A stretch of DNA of 64,000 nt, taken from NCBI GenBank assembly GCA_963742735.1, contig CAVUMN010000003.1, positions 448,001 to 512,000 of the forward strand, given 5' to 3'. The notes under the pieces are model-generated. The model was not told the DNA's origin. It saw nothing but the letters and a program-made list of their open reading frames with translations, and searched no databases. Each line of letters opens with the position of its first letter. The stretch's first letter is position 1. This document shows positions 32,730-42,357 of this stretch, piece by piece. This stretch comes from an uncultured Actinomycetes bacterium. GTDB taxonomy: Bacteria > Actinomycetota > UBA4738 > JBBDTT01. A program made the translations under genes and the position numbers.

Positions 32730-33476
32730 ATGCCGGTGGTCGTGGTCGGGGCGGGGGGCCTGATCGGACGCTCGCTCCTGCGGCGACTCGCCGAGGCGGG
32801 CGGCGAGGTCCGCGCGCTGGTCGCCCGCGAGGACGAGATCGAGTCCGTCCGAGCCCTCGTCCCGAAGGTCGCCGCCGTCGATCTCGATGACGTCGAACAC
32901 CTGGCGACCGTGTTCCACGACGCCCACACGGTGGTGCACCTGGGGAGCTCGGACGCGGTCGGTTGGGTGGCGGCCGCCGCCGGGGAGGCCAAGATCACTC
33001 GGCTGCTCGTCACCTCCTGGCCGGACTCGGGCCAGGTCGTGGATGCCGTCGAGGCGTCGTCGGTGCCGCAGCGCGTCGTGGTGCGCACGGCGCCCGTGTA
33101 CGGCCCCGGAATCTCCTGGCTCGAAGCGCTTCGCTCGCTGGCCCGGGCGCCGATCGCGCTCCTTCCCGTCGACCCGGACCTCCGCGTGGCGCCGGTCTTC
33201 TACGAGGACCTCGTGGCGGTGCTGGTGGCGGCCGACGATCGTGGAGGGCCGGTATCGGGGACCTTCGCCCTGGCCGGTCCCGACCTCGTGACGGTCGGAC
33301 AGCTGCTTTCCCGGGTGTCCGGCAGGAGGCGGCATCCCGTGCGCGTCGGATTCCGTCGGGGCCGGACGGGGCTCGAGACCGTCCTGGCGGCGCCGGTTCC
33401 GGAGGGGGTCGACGCGGCCGCCGAGTTCGGGGTGGAGCTCACGCCGCTCCGGGAGGGTCTCTCGCGCTCGGCGTGA
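32730..33476 (+). CDS. NAD(P)-binding epimerase/NmrA-like protein
   Basis: VVGAGGLIG Rossmann motif; VYGPG. Confidence 0.8.
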   Translation: MPVVVVGAGGLIGRSLLRRLAEAGGEVRALVAREDEIESVRALVPKVAAVDLDDVEHLATVFHDAHTVVHLGSSDAVGWVAAAAGEAKITRLLVTSWPDSGQVVDAVEASSVPQRVVVRTAPVYGPGISWLEALRSLARAPIALLPVDPDLRVAPVFYEDLVAVLVAADDRGGPVSGTFALAGPDLVTVGQLLSRVSGRRRHPVRVGFRRGRTGLETVLAAPVPEGVDAAAEFGVELTPLREGLSRSA

Positions 33477-33561
33477 GGCTCGGACGCGCTCACGGGGTTC
33501 AACCTACGATTACGCGGCTTCAGTGGGCGCCGCACGCGATCGAGGAACGGGGAGGTTGCCG

Positions 33562-34341
33562 GTGGGCGAGTTCGTGAAGCTCGAGGTCTCGGACGGGGTC
33601 GGCACGATCCGACTCGACCGTCCGCCGATGAACGCGATCGACGGGGCCCTCACCGCCGACCTGGTCGCCGCCGCCCAGGAGGCCACCGAGCGGGACGACG
33701 TGGGCGCGGTGGTGCTGTGGGGCGGCGAGAAGGTGTTCGCCGCGGGCGCGGACATCAAGATGATGTCCGAGATGTCACCCGGGGAGGTCGCCCCCATGAT
33801 CACAGGCCTCCAGGAGGCGTTCCTGCAGGTGGAGCAGATCCCGAAGGTCACCATCGCCGCGCTCAACGGCTACGCGCTCGGGGGCGGGTGCGAGCTGGCG
33901 ATGTGCGCCGACCTCCGGTTCGCCGCGGAGGACGCGACGCTCGGGCAGCCGGAGATCCTGCTCGGGATCATCCCCGGCGCCGGCGGCACCCAGCGGCTTC
34001 CCCGGCTGGTTGGATTCTCGACGGCGAAGGAGATCATCTACTCGGGCCGATTCGTGAAGGCCTCGGAGGCGAAGGAGATCGGGCTCGTCGACCAGATCCA
34101 TCCGGCCGCGGAGGTCTACCCAAAGGCGGTGGAGGCCGCGAAGCGGTACGCGAAGGGCGCCCGCGTGGCGCTGCGGGCGGCGAAGCAGGCCATCAACCAC
34201 GGCACGAAGCTCCCGATCCCCGCGGGGCTGATCATCGAGCGCGAGGCGTTCATCGCCCTCTTCGCGTCGGAGGACCAGAAGGAAGGCATGCGGTCCTTCC
34301 TGGAGGACGGGCCGGGGAAGGCCGAGTTCAAGGGCCGCTGA
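33562..34341 (+). CDS. Enoyl-CoA hydratase/isomerase (EchA17-like)
   Basis: FAAGADI, GYALGGGCEL, PEILLGIIPGAGGTQRL. Confidence 0.95.
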   Translation: MGEFVKLEVSDGVGTIRLDRPPMNAIDGALTADLVAAAQEATERDDVGAVVLWGGEKVFAAGADIKMMSEMSPGEVAPMITGLQEAFLQVEQIPKVTIAALNGYALGGGCELAMCADLRFAAEDATLGQPEILLGIIPGAGGTQRLPRLVGFSTAKEIIYSGRFVKASEAKEIGLVDQIHPAAEVYPKAVEAAKRYAKGARVALRAAKQAINHGTKLPIPAGLIIEREAFIALFASEDQKEGMRSFLEDGPGKAEFKGR

Positions 34342-34353
34342 CGGCCGGGGCCC

Positions 34354-35280
34354 ATGGCGAACGCCGACGCACGCAAGTCCGAGATCGACCCGAAGACCGC
34401 CAACGTCCTGTACCACGACGCGGCCGCGCGCTCGTACGACGCGAAGTGGTCGATCTCGTTCGACGAGCGATGCATCGACTACGTGCGGGATCGCGCCGAG
34501 CGGATGCTGCCGAGGCCGCGCTACGGCGACGTCCTCGAGGTCGGCGCGGGCACGGGGTTCTTCCTGCTGAACCTGTGGCAGGCCGGGTTCGTGGAGCGGG
34601 CCCACGCCACCGACATCTCACCGGGGATGGTCGCCGCGGTCCTCGAGAACGCCCGCCGGCTGGGGTGCGACCTGCAGGCGAGGCCCGCCGACGCCGAGGG
34701 GCTTCCCTACCCGGACGCGTCGTTCGACCTGGTGGTCGGACACGCGTTCCTGCATCACCTCCCGGACCCGCAGGCGTTCCTGCGGGAGGCGTACCGGGTC
34801 CTTCGCCCGGGTGGGGCGGTTCTCGTCGCGGGAGAGCCGACGGTCATCGGGGATCGCCTGGCACGCGGAGCGGGTCGCGTGGTCAGCCACGCGTTCCGCC
34901 TGGTGGAGCGCGCCCGCCCCGGTCTGCGCAGGCGCCCGCCCCCCGCCGAGCCGGGCTCCGAGGACGACCGGATCCTCAGGGACCTGGAGTTCGAGGTCGA
35001 CCTTCACACGTTCGATCCCGCCTCGGCCGAGGCCTGGGCGCGCGACCTCGGGTTCGTGAACGTCCGCGCGGAGACCGAGGAGCTCCTGTCGAGCCTGTTC
35101 GGGTGGTCCGTCCGGACGTTCGAGTCCGAGGCCCGTCCCGGGCTGCTCGGCGAACGGTGGGCCTGGTTCGCCTACCGCAACTACCTGCGTCTGTACCGGC
35201 TGGACCTCGTCCTCGGCCGGGTTCTGCCGCGGCCGTGGTTCTACAACCTGCTGTTGTACGCGGAGCGCCCGGCGGAGTGA
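34354..35280 (+). CDS. Class I SAM-dependent methyltransferase (Rv3038c-like)
   Basis: VLYHD..A.SYDAKWSISFDERCIDY, LEVGAGTGFFLLNL, VDLHTFDP. Confidence 0.88.
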   Translation: MANADARKSEIDPKTANVLYHDAAARSYDAKWSISFDERCIDYVRDRAERMLPRPRYGDVLEVGAGTGFFLLNLWQAGFVERAHATDISPGMVAAVLENARRLGCDLQARPADAEGLPYPDASFDLVVGHAFLHHLPDPQAFLREAYRVLRPGGAVLVAGEPTVIGDRLARGAGRVVSHAFRLVERARPGLRRRPPPAEPGSEDDRILRDLEFEVDLHTFDPASAEAWARDLGFVNVRAETEELLSSLFGWSVRTFESEARPGLLGERWAWFAYRNYLRLYRLDLVLGRVLPRPWFYNLLLYAERPAE

Positions 35281-35927
35281 CGCTGGTGGACGAGGCGGCT
35301 CGGACCACGGCGCACCCCGTGCCGGCCCCGGCGCCCCGGCGGGGATTCGTCCCACTGGTCCGGTTCCTGGTCCGCCACCGGATGGCCACCCCGAGGTACC
35401 TGCGGCTGTGGCTCCGCTACGTGTGGCGCTTCAAGGTGCGCAACCGGCACATCGTCACCCGGGGCATGGTCTTCGTCCATCCTCGCGCCGAGGTCTTCTG
35501 CCGGCGGGGCCTCGGACACATGGAGCTCGGGCGCTGGGTGTGGATCGGCGCGGGCAACGCACTGCGCTGCCACGAGGGCTTCTTCCGGGTGGGCGACAAG
35601 GTGGTGTTCGGCGCCAACAACACGCTGAACGGGTACCTGGACATCGACATCGGCGAGGACTGCATCTTCGCGGACTGGATCTACGTCACCGACTTCGACC
35701 ACAACTTCGCCGACCCGCTCGTCCCGATCCGGCGGCAGGGCATCGTGAAGTCCCCGGTTCGCATCGAGGCGGACTGCTGGATCGGCGAGAAAGCCTCGAT
35801 CCTGCGGGGGGTCACCGTCGGGAGGGGCTCGGTCGTCGGGGCCCAGACCGTGGTCAACCGCGACGTGCCGCCCCGATCGGTGGTGGTCGGCAACCCGGGG
35901 CGGGTGGTGAAGCGCCGCGGCAGGTGA
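35277..35927 (+). CDS. Hexapeptide-repeat acyltransferase (Rv3034c-like)
   Basis: GRWVWIG.GN.LRCHEG, DWIYVTDFDH, QGIVKSPVRI, VVGNPG. Confidence 0.88.
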   Translation: MTLVDEAARTTAHPVPAPAPRRGFVPLVRFLVRHRMATPRYLRLWLRYVWRFKVRNRHIVTRGMVFVHPRAEVFCRRGLGHMELGRWVWIGAGNALRCHEGFFRVGDKVVFGANNTLNGYLDIDIGEDCIFADWIYVTDFDHNFADPLVPIRRQGIVKSPVRIEADCWIGEKASILRGVTVGRGSVVGAQTVVNRDVPPRSVVVGNPGRVVKRRGR

Positions 35928-35934
35928 CCTCCTG

Positions 35935-36415
35935 GTGCGCCCCATGGTCGGCGAGGACCGCGCGGCGGTGCGGGGCCTCCTCGAGCACCTGAACGAGCTC
36001 CAGGAGGACTGGCGGGTCTTCCCGCCAAGGAGCGGCTTCCTCGACGAGGTTCTGGAGGGCTACCGGCGGCAGGTCGCCGCCGGCGACGCCGTCCATCTGG
36101 TTGCGGAGTCGCGCGGCGAGGTCGAGGGCACCGCGTTCGCCAAGGAGCACGTCGTGTCGCGGTTCGCCGATTCCCGGGCCCTGGAGGTCTCGAGCGTGGT
36201 CGTGCGCGGATCACCGGCGCCGGGGGGTCGCCCGGGCCCTCCTGCGGGCGATCGCCGAGGAGGCGCGTCGGCGTGGGGTCACCCACCTGGACCTGGCGAC
36301 GTTCGTCCAGAACCACGGGGCCCTCGCGTTCTGGGAGTCGGTGGGGTTCACGCCCCGCTACCTGCAGCTGGTGGGGGACGTGCCCGAGCTCCTCCAGGGC
36401 CTCGGCTCGAACTGA
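35935..36415 (+). CDS. GNAT family N-acetyltransferase, frameshifted near 36205
   Basis: N-terminal half in ORF 35935; HRRRGVARALL...N.GALAFWESVGF in the next frame; break in a GC dinucleotide run. Confidence 0.75.
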
Positions 36416-36508
36416 CCCGGTCCGGGAATGAACCGGGCGAGGTGGGCGTTTCGTATGTCGCAGGGTACCCGGGCATGGGTTCCGGACCCCGAGGAGGTAC
36501 GAACCGCA

Positions 36509-36742
36509 ATGCGAGACGGAACGCGGTCGATGCGTGGGGAGCACGCCCACCCCCTGCCCAGGGCGAACCGGGTGTTCTCCTCCGGGCGGGTCTGCGCCGA
36601 GGAGGGCTGCGAGACACGTCTGTCGATCTACAACAAGTCCAAGCTGTGCTGGCAGCACGAGCCGCTGCGCTACGACGTCCTTCGCGGACGCAAGAAGAAG
36701 CGCCCGGACTACGGCAACCTGGATAGCCTGAGCGCCGCCTAG
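36509..36742 (+). CDS. Small basic putative zinc-binding protein
   Basis: GAGGAGG RBS; RVCAEEGC.TRLSIYN....CWQH. Confidence 0.7.
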   Translation: MRDGTRSMRGEHAHPLPRANRVFSSGRVCAEEGCETRLSIYNKSKLCWQHEPLRYDVLRGRKKKRPDYGNLDSLSAA

Positions 36743-37980
36743 AAGCGCTGCTCGAAGACGGCGCGGAGCGGGGCGCGCTCGCGACGACGAACGTCCTCGA
36801 CGATCGCCCGCCGGTACGTTTCGGCCGTCCGTGTCGCAACCGCCGGCCACGAGTGACGTTCCGCCAGCAGGCTGTGCGCCTCCAGCGCGAGCCGGCGGGC
36901 GAGCCGCTCGTCGGTGAGGAGTCTGGTGGCGACCTCGGCCAGCGATCGGGCGTCTCCCGGCGTGAACCGCAGGCCGGTGATGTCGTGGGCGACGATCTCG
37001 CGCAGGCCCCCGGTGTCCGCGGCAATGACGGGCGAACCACAGGCCATCGTCTCGAGCGCGACCAGACCGAAGGGCTCGTACAGCGACGGGACGATGACCA
37101 GGTCGGCCGTACCGTACAGCTCGCGCAATCGCGCCTCGTCGACGAAGCCCTCGAATCGGATCTGGTCCGCGACCCCCAGCTCGAGCGCGCGCCGCTCGAG
37201 CTCCGCCCGGTGCGAGCCGGCGCCGGCCACGACGAATCGAACGCCCGGCACGTCCGCGTCGATCATGGGGAGCGCCTCCAGAACCGTCTGCACGCCCTTC
37301 TCGTACTCCAGACGGCCGGCGAACACGATCAGCGGTGCCCCCTCCGGCGCGAGCTCGGCCCGCACGGCCGGCGCCTCCGCTTCGGGAGCGAACCGGGTGA
37401 GGTCCACGCCGTTCAGGATCACCTCGACCTTGTCGGGAGGGAGCTCGAAGATCCGGGTGACCTCCTCACGCATGTACTCGGAGCACGTGATGACGCGGCC
37501 CGCCTCGAACGTCAGCCACCACTCCACCTGGTGGATCAGGGTCTGGAGGGGCCCGGGAAGCCGACCCTGATGCCGTCCGTACTCCGTGGCGTGCACCGTG
37601 GCCACCAGGGGGAGCGCGTGGAGGTCCTTGAGCGCCGCCGCGGCGTAGCCGACGAGCCAGTCGTGCGCGTGCAGCACGTCGGGGGGCCGGTCCCGCAGTT
37701 CGGCCTCGGCCCGATGGAGGAGGGCGACGTTGAATGCGAGCACCCACGGGACCAAGTCCTCGAACGCGATCCGGGGTGGGTACTCGTCGGCGCGGACGAC
37801 GCGAACCCCGTCGTCGTCCTCTTCGGCGGGGGCCTCGGGGTGCCCCCGGGTGTACACGGTGACGTCGTGCCCACCGGCGGCCAGCCCGTGGGCCAGGTGG
37901 TACACGTGCCGGGAGAGCCCGCCGACGATCGCCGGTGGGTACTCCCACGACAGAAGGGCGACGGACAGGGGAAGGGCCAG
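36739..37980 (-). CDS. GT4 glycosyltransferase (Rv3032-like alpha-1,4-glucosyltransferase); start probably CTG at 37980
   Basis: LSWEYPPAIVGGL..HV, HAHDWL, HATE.GRHQG, GRLEYEKG, YEPFGLVALE. Confidence 0.9.
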   Translation of the reverse strand: MALPLSVALLSWEYPPAIVGGLSRHVYHLAHGLAAGGHDVTVYTRGHPEAPAEEDDDGVRVVRADEYPPRIAFEDLVPWVLAFNVALLHRAEAELRDRPPDVLHAHDWLVGYAAAALKDLHALPLVATVHATEYGRHQGRLPGPLQTLIHQVEWWLTFEAGRVITCSEYMREEVTRIFELPPDKVEVILNGVDLTRFAPEAEAPAVRAELAPEGAPLIVFAGRLEYEKGVQTVLEALPMIDADVPGVRFVVAGAGSHRAELERRALELGVADQIRFEGFVDEARLRELYGTADLVIVPSLYEPFGLVALETMACGSPVIAADTGGLREIVAHDITGLRFTPGDARSLAEVATRLLTDERLARRLALEAHSLLAERHSWPAVATRTAETYRRAIVEDVRRRERAPLRAVFEQRF

Positions 37981-38023
37981 GATTCCTCCAGACAGGTTCG
38001 GGCGTCGCCCGAGCCCTGGGATG

Positions 38024-38584
38024 CTATCCGGTGACCGAGATCGGCGCGACGGCGAAGCCGACCGTGAAGCGCCGGCACCAGACGACGACGCTGTGGAAGC
38101 GGGAGAGGTCCAGCCCGGCGGCGAGCTCGTAGTTCTGGTCGCCGACGTTGCCCTTCAGCGCACCGAGGTCCACGAACTCGGCGTCGTCCGCGTCGCCCCA
38201 GTCCTGATCCGGCCCCAGCACGGACAGGTAGACGACCAGGTCCGGACCGTTCGAGACCTCCAGGTCCTCGAAGCGCAGGTACCGGGTGCCGTCGGCGGTC
38301 TGCAGGACCAGCGCCCGTCCCTCGGCGTCGTGCTCCAGCGGCCGGAACGCCCCGCGCGAGAGGACGGAGGGCCCGGCGACGGCCGAGGGCGAGGACCCGG
38401 GCGGAGTGGAGGCGTCGGCCGAGACGGTGGCGACGGGCGGGGCCTCGTTCACGCGCTCGTCGACGAACAGCTTGTGGGGCTCGAACCACGCGAACCCGAG
38501 CACCACCACCGCCGCGCCGAACACGGCGCCGGCGCCGGTCAGGCGGGGGTGCGCCCGCATCCATCCCAGCAGCCGTCGGATCAT
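38024..38584 (-). CDS. DM13 domain-containing protein
   Basis: N-terminal TM; NGPDLVVYLS, LGALKGNVGDQNY, VVWCRRF. Confidence 0.9.
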   Translation of the reverse strand: MIRRLLGWMRAHPRLTGAGAVFGAAVVVLGFAWFEPHKLFVDERVNEAPPVATVSADASTPPGSSPSAVAGPSVLSRGAFRPLEHDAEGRALVLQTADGTRYLRFEDLEVSNGPDLVVYLSVLGPDQDWGDADDAEFVDLGALKGNVGDQNYELAAGLDLSRFHSVVVWCRRFTVGFAVAPISVTG

Positions 38585-38604
38585 CGCCCCTCGATTCGCT
38601 CCCG

Positions 38605-38844
38605 TCACGACTTCGGTTCGGCCCCGCCGCGCGCGACGCGGACCCGCTCCACGATCGCGTGCGCCTCCTCGAGCCGTTTCCGGTCGACGAACAGCCGCAC
38701 CCCGAACTCCCAGATCTGGCTGAGGTACCCGGGCTCCTTGAACCACCACACGATCCCCGCCTCCTCGAGCCCTCCCGCGATCTCGTTGGCCGTCTCGCGG
38801 TCGAACTGACCGAGGTGGACGGTGCTGACTCGGTCGCCGCTCAC
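38605..38844 (-). CDS. Small hypothetical protein (DUF2007-like)
   Basis: ANEIAGGLEEAGI...VRLFV...A pattern; GTG overlaps upstream stop. Confidence 0.65.
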   Translation of the reverse strand: MSGDRVSTVHLGQFDRETANEIAGGLEEAGIVWWFKEPGYLSQIWEFGVRLFVDRKRLEEAHAIVERVRVARGGAEPKS

Positions 38845-39560
38845 GGCCGGCACACCGCCACGAGATCGAGCGAGCGCTCGACGCCGCGCCTCGACAGGCG
38901 GAAGTTCCCCTCCCGGACCGCCCAGACCAGCGCCCGGCCCGCCGGCGAGAGGCCCTCGTACCCGTGCTCGACCAGGGCCGCCGGCAGGGATCGGTCCGCG
39001 AGCACCTCGTGCGCCCTGAGGAGGCCGCGATGGTGCAGCCCGAGGATCCGAACGTCGCCGAACACGGTCCGCGCCAGCCCCTCCAGCTCGCCGGCGGTGA
39101 ACTCGTGGGCGTGGAAGGGGTTCCGAGGACCATCGGGTGAGAAGGTCGTGCGGTTGGGTGTGGACAGCAGCAGCACGCCGTCGGGCCGCAGCGCCCGCCG
39201 GCAGGCCGAGACGAACGCCTCCGCGCAGTACAGATGCTCCACGACCTGCAGTGCGACGACCGCGTCGAACGCGCCGTCGCGAACCGGAAGACGGCAGGCG
39301 TCGGCCACCGCCACGCGCAGGTTCGGATACCGGCGCGCCGCGTGGGCGGCCACGGCCGGCTCGTACTCGAGCGCCGTCACCGTCGCCCGTTTGGCGAGCG
39401 TCGCGCTCCCGTAGCCCTCACCGCATCCCACCTCGAGCACGCGTCCCTCGGCCAGGCGAGAGGCCAGGCGGTAGACGGCCGAGTGACGCCGGAACCAGTA
39501 GTTCTCCTCGGGAACGTCGGGGAGGGTGCGTTCGCCGGTCAGCTCGAGGGGATGCGCCAT
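38841..39560 (-). CDS. SAM-dependent methyltransferase, Rv3030-like
   Basis: LTGERTLPDVPEENYWFRRH, GCGEGYG, LQVVEHL, STPNRTTFSP...NPFH. Confidence 0.9.
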   Translation of the reverse strand: MAHPLELTGERTLPDVPEENYWFRRHSAVYRLASRLAEGRVLEVGCGEGYGSATLAKRATVTALEYEPAVAAHAARRYPNLRVAVADACRLPVRDGAFDAVVALQVVEHLYCAEAFVSACRRALRPDGVLLLSTPNRTTFSPDGPRNPFHAHEFTAGELEGLARTVFGDVRILGLHHRGLLRAHEVLADRSLPAALVEHGYEGLSPAGRALVWAVREGNFRLSRRGVERSLDLVAVCRP

Positions 39561-39767
39561 CGAAGGGGATTCAAGCACCCGGGGACGCGCGCAGGGGAAA
39601 AATCTCTCGATCGGAGGTTTACGGCGCGTTCGCCTGAGGGATAGGACTCGCCGGATTCGGTCGGCGCCGACCCGAGCCTGCCCTGCCCGCGGGCGGCGCG
39701 GTCGCGGGAGGGGTGAGGCAGAGACGCGAGGAGCCCCGCACGAGGCAACGCCTCGGCGCGCCCGCAT

Positions 39768-39799
39768 CCCATCCGACCCGGACGCCCATCCGACCCGGA
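39768..39799. repeat. 15-bp direct repeat x2 (CCCATCCGACCCGGA) in the subtilase leader
   Basis: Identical copies at 39768-39782 and 39785-39799. Confidence 0.85.
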
Positions 39800-39829
39800 A
39801 ACCCGCCCGCCCGTTCGAAGGGAGCGTTC

Positions 39830-40993
39830 ATGTCTGCTCTGAAGGCGACATGCCTCGCGGTGGTCCTGCTGATGGGCCTCCTCCTCGCCGTGCCCGCCGC
39901 GACCGCCGCCCCCGCCGCCGAGTCGGAGTCGGCTCGCTACATCGTGGTGCTGAAGGGCGTACCCGGCGGGGCCGCCCGCGCCTCGTCCGATCACCAGGCC
40001 CGGTACGGCGTCCACGCCACTCGGGTCTATCGCCACGCACTGAACGCGTACGTGGCGGTGCTGAGCTCCAGCCAGGCCGCGGCCCTGCAGCGCGACTCCG
40101 GCGTCGCCTACCTGGAGCGCGACGGCGCGGTGCAGGCCTCGACGATCCAGACCGGGCCGCCGTGGGGCCTCGACCGCATCGACCAGCGGGCCCGGCCGAC
40201 CAACGGGACGTTCGTGTACACCAACACCGGAGCCGGCGTGACGGCGTACGTGATCGACACCGGCATCCGGTTCACACATTCCCAGTTCGGGGGCCGGGCG
40301 ACCAGCGGCTTCGACTCCGTCGACGGCGGGACGGCCGACGACTGCCACGGCCACGGCACGCACGTGGCCGGGACGATCGGCGGCTCCACCTACGGGGTGG
40401 CGAAGGGCGTGTCCCTGGTCGCGGTGCGGGTCCTGAATTGCTCGGGCTCGGGCGCGACGTCCGGGGTCATCGCCGGCGTCGACTGGGTGACCGGGAACCA
40501 CTCGGCCGGCCAGCCCGCCGTGGCCAACATGAGCCTGGGCGGGGGCGCGAGCAGCGCCCTGGACGCCGCCGTCCGCAACTCGATCGCCGACGGCGTGTCC
40601 TACGCCGTCGCCGCGGGGAACGGGAACATCCTCGGGTTCCAGGCCAACGCCTGTAACTCATCGCCGGCCCGGGTGGCCGAGGCCATGACGATCAGCGCGA
40701 CGGACTCGACCGATCGCAAGGCGTCCTGGGCCAACTTCGGGAACTGCGTGGACTGGTTCGCGCCGGGCGTGAGCATCCTGTCGGCCTGGTACACGAACGA
40801 CACCGCGACCAACACCATCAGCGGGACGTCGATGGCGACCCCGCACACCGTGGGGGTGGCCGCGCAGTACCTGCAGTCCAACCCGGGAGCGGCCCCGGCC
40901 GCCGTCCGGACGGCGCTCTACAACCTGACCACGAAGGGCGTGGTCACGTCGTCCAGCACCGCCAACAACCACCTGCTGTTCACCAACCTGTAG
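39830..40993 (+). CDS. Secreted S8 subtilase (aqualysin/proteinase K-like) with I9 propeptide, copy 1
   Basis: [20 protein letters not shown] catalytic triad; WGLDRIDQR. Confidence 0.96.
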   Translation: MSALKATCLAVVLLMGLLLAVPAATAAPAAESESARYIVVLKGVPGGAARASSDHQARYGVHATRVYRHALNAYVAVLSSSQAAALQRDSGVAYLERDGAVQASTIQTGPPWGLDRIDQRARPTNGTFVYTNTGAGVTAYVIDTGIRFTHSQFGGRATSGFDSVDGGTADDCHGHGTHVAGTIGGSTYGVAKGVSLVAVRVLNCSGSGATSGVIAGVDWVTGNHSAGQPAVANMSLGGGASSALDAAVRNSIADGVSYAVAAGNGNILGFQANACNSSPARVAEAMTISATDSTDRKASWANFGNCVDWFAPGVSILSAWYTNDTATNTISGTSMATPHTVGVAAQYLQSNPGAAPAAVRTALYNLTTKGVVTSSSTANNHLLFTNL

Positions 40994-41004
40994 ACGCCGG
41001 GGAG

Positions 41005-41035
41005 GGAGGCGGGGCCCGTCGAGGGTCCCGCCTCC
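41005..41035 (+). terminator. Hairpin after subtilase 1
   Basis: 13-bp stem GGAGGCGGGGCCC/GGGTCCCGCCTCC. Confidence 0.65.
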
Positions 41036-41150
41036 GGCCCATCGAGCCCGCGCCCATTTCGACCGAAAAGGTGGGTGTGGACCTCTGGTCGGCGCCGCCC
41101 GTGGCGTCTATGCTTGCCGCCAACCCCTGCCCTTTTCGAAAGGACGTTCC

Positions 41151-42305
41151 ATGTCACCAATGAAGGCGACATGTCTCACCGTGGCCCTGCTGTTGGGTCT
41201 GCTCGTCGCGGCGCCCATTGCGAACGCGGCGCCCGCCGCCGACTCCGGCTCGGCTCGCTACATCGTCGTGCTGAAGGGTGCGCCGGGAAGCGCCGCGCGT
41301 GCCTCCTCGGACCATCAGGAACGGTACGGCGTTCAGGCGACGCGCGTCTACAAGCACGCGCTCAACGCCTACGTCGCCAACCTGAGCTCCGAGCAGGTCG
41401 CCGAGCTCCAGCGCGACTCCGGGGTCGCCTACCTCGAGGCCGACGGCGTCGTCACGGCCTCCACGGTTCAGACCTCACCGCCGTGGGGTCTCGACCGCAT
41501 CGACCAGCGCGCCCGCCCGACCAACGGGACGTTCACCTACACGAACACCGGCGCCGGCGTGAAGGCGTACGTGATCGACACCGGCATCCGCACGTCGCAC
41601 GGCCAGTTCGGGGGCCGGGCCACCGACGGCTTCGACGCGATCGACGGCGCACTGCCGGCCACGGACTGTAACGGGCACGGCACGCACGTGGCCGGGACGG
41701 TCGGCGGATCCACGTACGGGGTCGCCAAGGGCGTGTCCCTGGTCGCGGTTCGCGTCCTGAACTGCAGCGGCTCGGGCTCGACCTCGCAGGTGATCGCCGG
41801 CATCGACTGGGTGACCGGGAACCACGCGCCCGGGCAGCCGGCCGTGGCCAACATGAGCCTGGGCGGAGGCGCGAGCACCGCGCTCGACAACGCCGTCAAG
41901 AACTCGATCGCCGACGGCGTGTCCTACGCCATCGCCGCGGGGAACAACAACACCAACGCGTGCACCACCTCGCCCGCGCGGGTGCCGGAGGCCATGACGA
42001 TCAGCGCGACCGACGCCGCCGACAAGCGGGCGTCCTTCGCCAACAAGGGGAGCTGCGTGGACTGGTTCGCGCCCGGCGTCGGCATCCTGTCGGCCTGGTC
42101 CACCAGCGACAGCGCCACCAACACGATCAGCGGGACGTCGATGGCCACGCCGCACACCGCGGGGGTAGCCGCCCTGTACCTGCAGTCGAACCCGTCGTCG
42201 TCCCCGTCCGCGCTGCGGACGGCGCTGTACAACCTGACGACCAAGGGCATCGTCAAGTTGGCCCAGTCGACGGCGAACAAGCACCTGCTCTACACGAACC
42301 TGTAG
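41151..42305 (+). CDS. Secreted S8 subtilase, copy 2 (tandem paralogue)
   Basis: Same triad motifs; long stretches identical to copy 1. Confidence 0.96.
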   Translation: MSPMKATCLTVALLLGLLVAAPIANAAPAADSGSARYIVVLKGAPGSAARASSDHQERYGVQATRVYKHALNAYVANLSSEQVAELQRDSGVAYLEADGVVTASTVQTSPPWGLDRIDQRARPTNGTFTYTNTGAGVKAYVIDTGIRTSHGQFGGRATDGFDAIDGALPATDCNGHGTHVAGTVGGSTYGVAKGVSLVAVRVLNCSGSGSTSQVIAGIDWVTGNHAPGQPAVANMSLGGGASTALDNAVKNSIADGVSYAIAAGNNNTNACTTSPARVPEAMTISATDAADKRASFANKGSCVDWFAPGVGILSAWSTSDSATNTISGTSMATPHTAGVAALYLQSNPSSSPSALRTALYNLTTKGIVKLAQSTANKHLLYTNL

Positions 42306-42322
42306 GGCGACCACCGGCGGGA

Positions 42323-42350
42323 CGGGCGGGATCCGCGAGGGTCCCGCCCG
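42323..42350. terminator. Hairpin between convergent genes
   Basis: 12-bp stem CGGGCGGGATCC/GGGTCCCGCCCG with GCGA loop. Confidence 0.7.
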
Positions 42351-42357
42351 CTCGCGT

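Noticed and set aside
35935-36726. 263-aa ORF read as a single protein
   Set aside because: After about 36205 the GNAT homology continues in another frame; the tail overlaps a better-supported gene at 36509.
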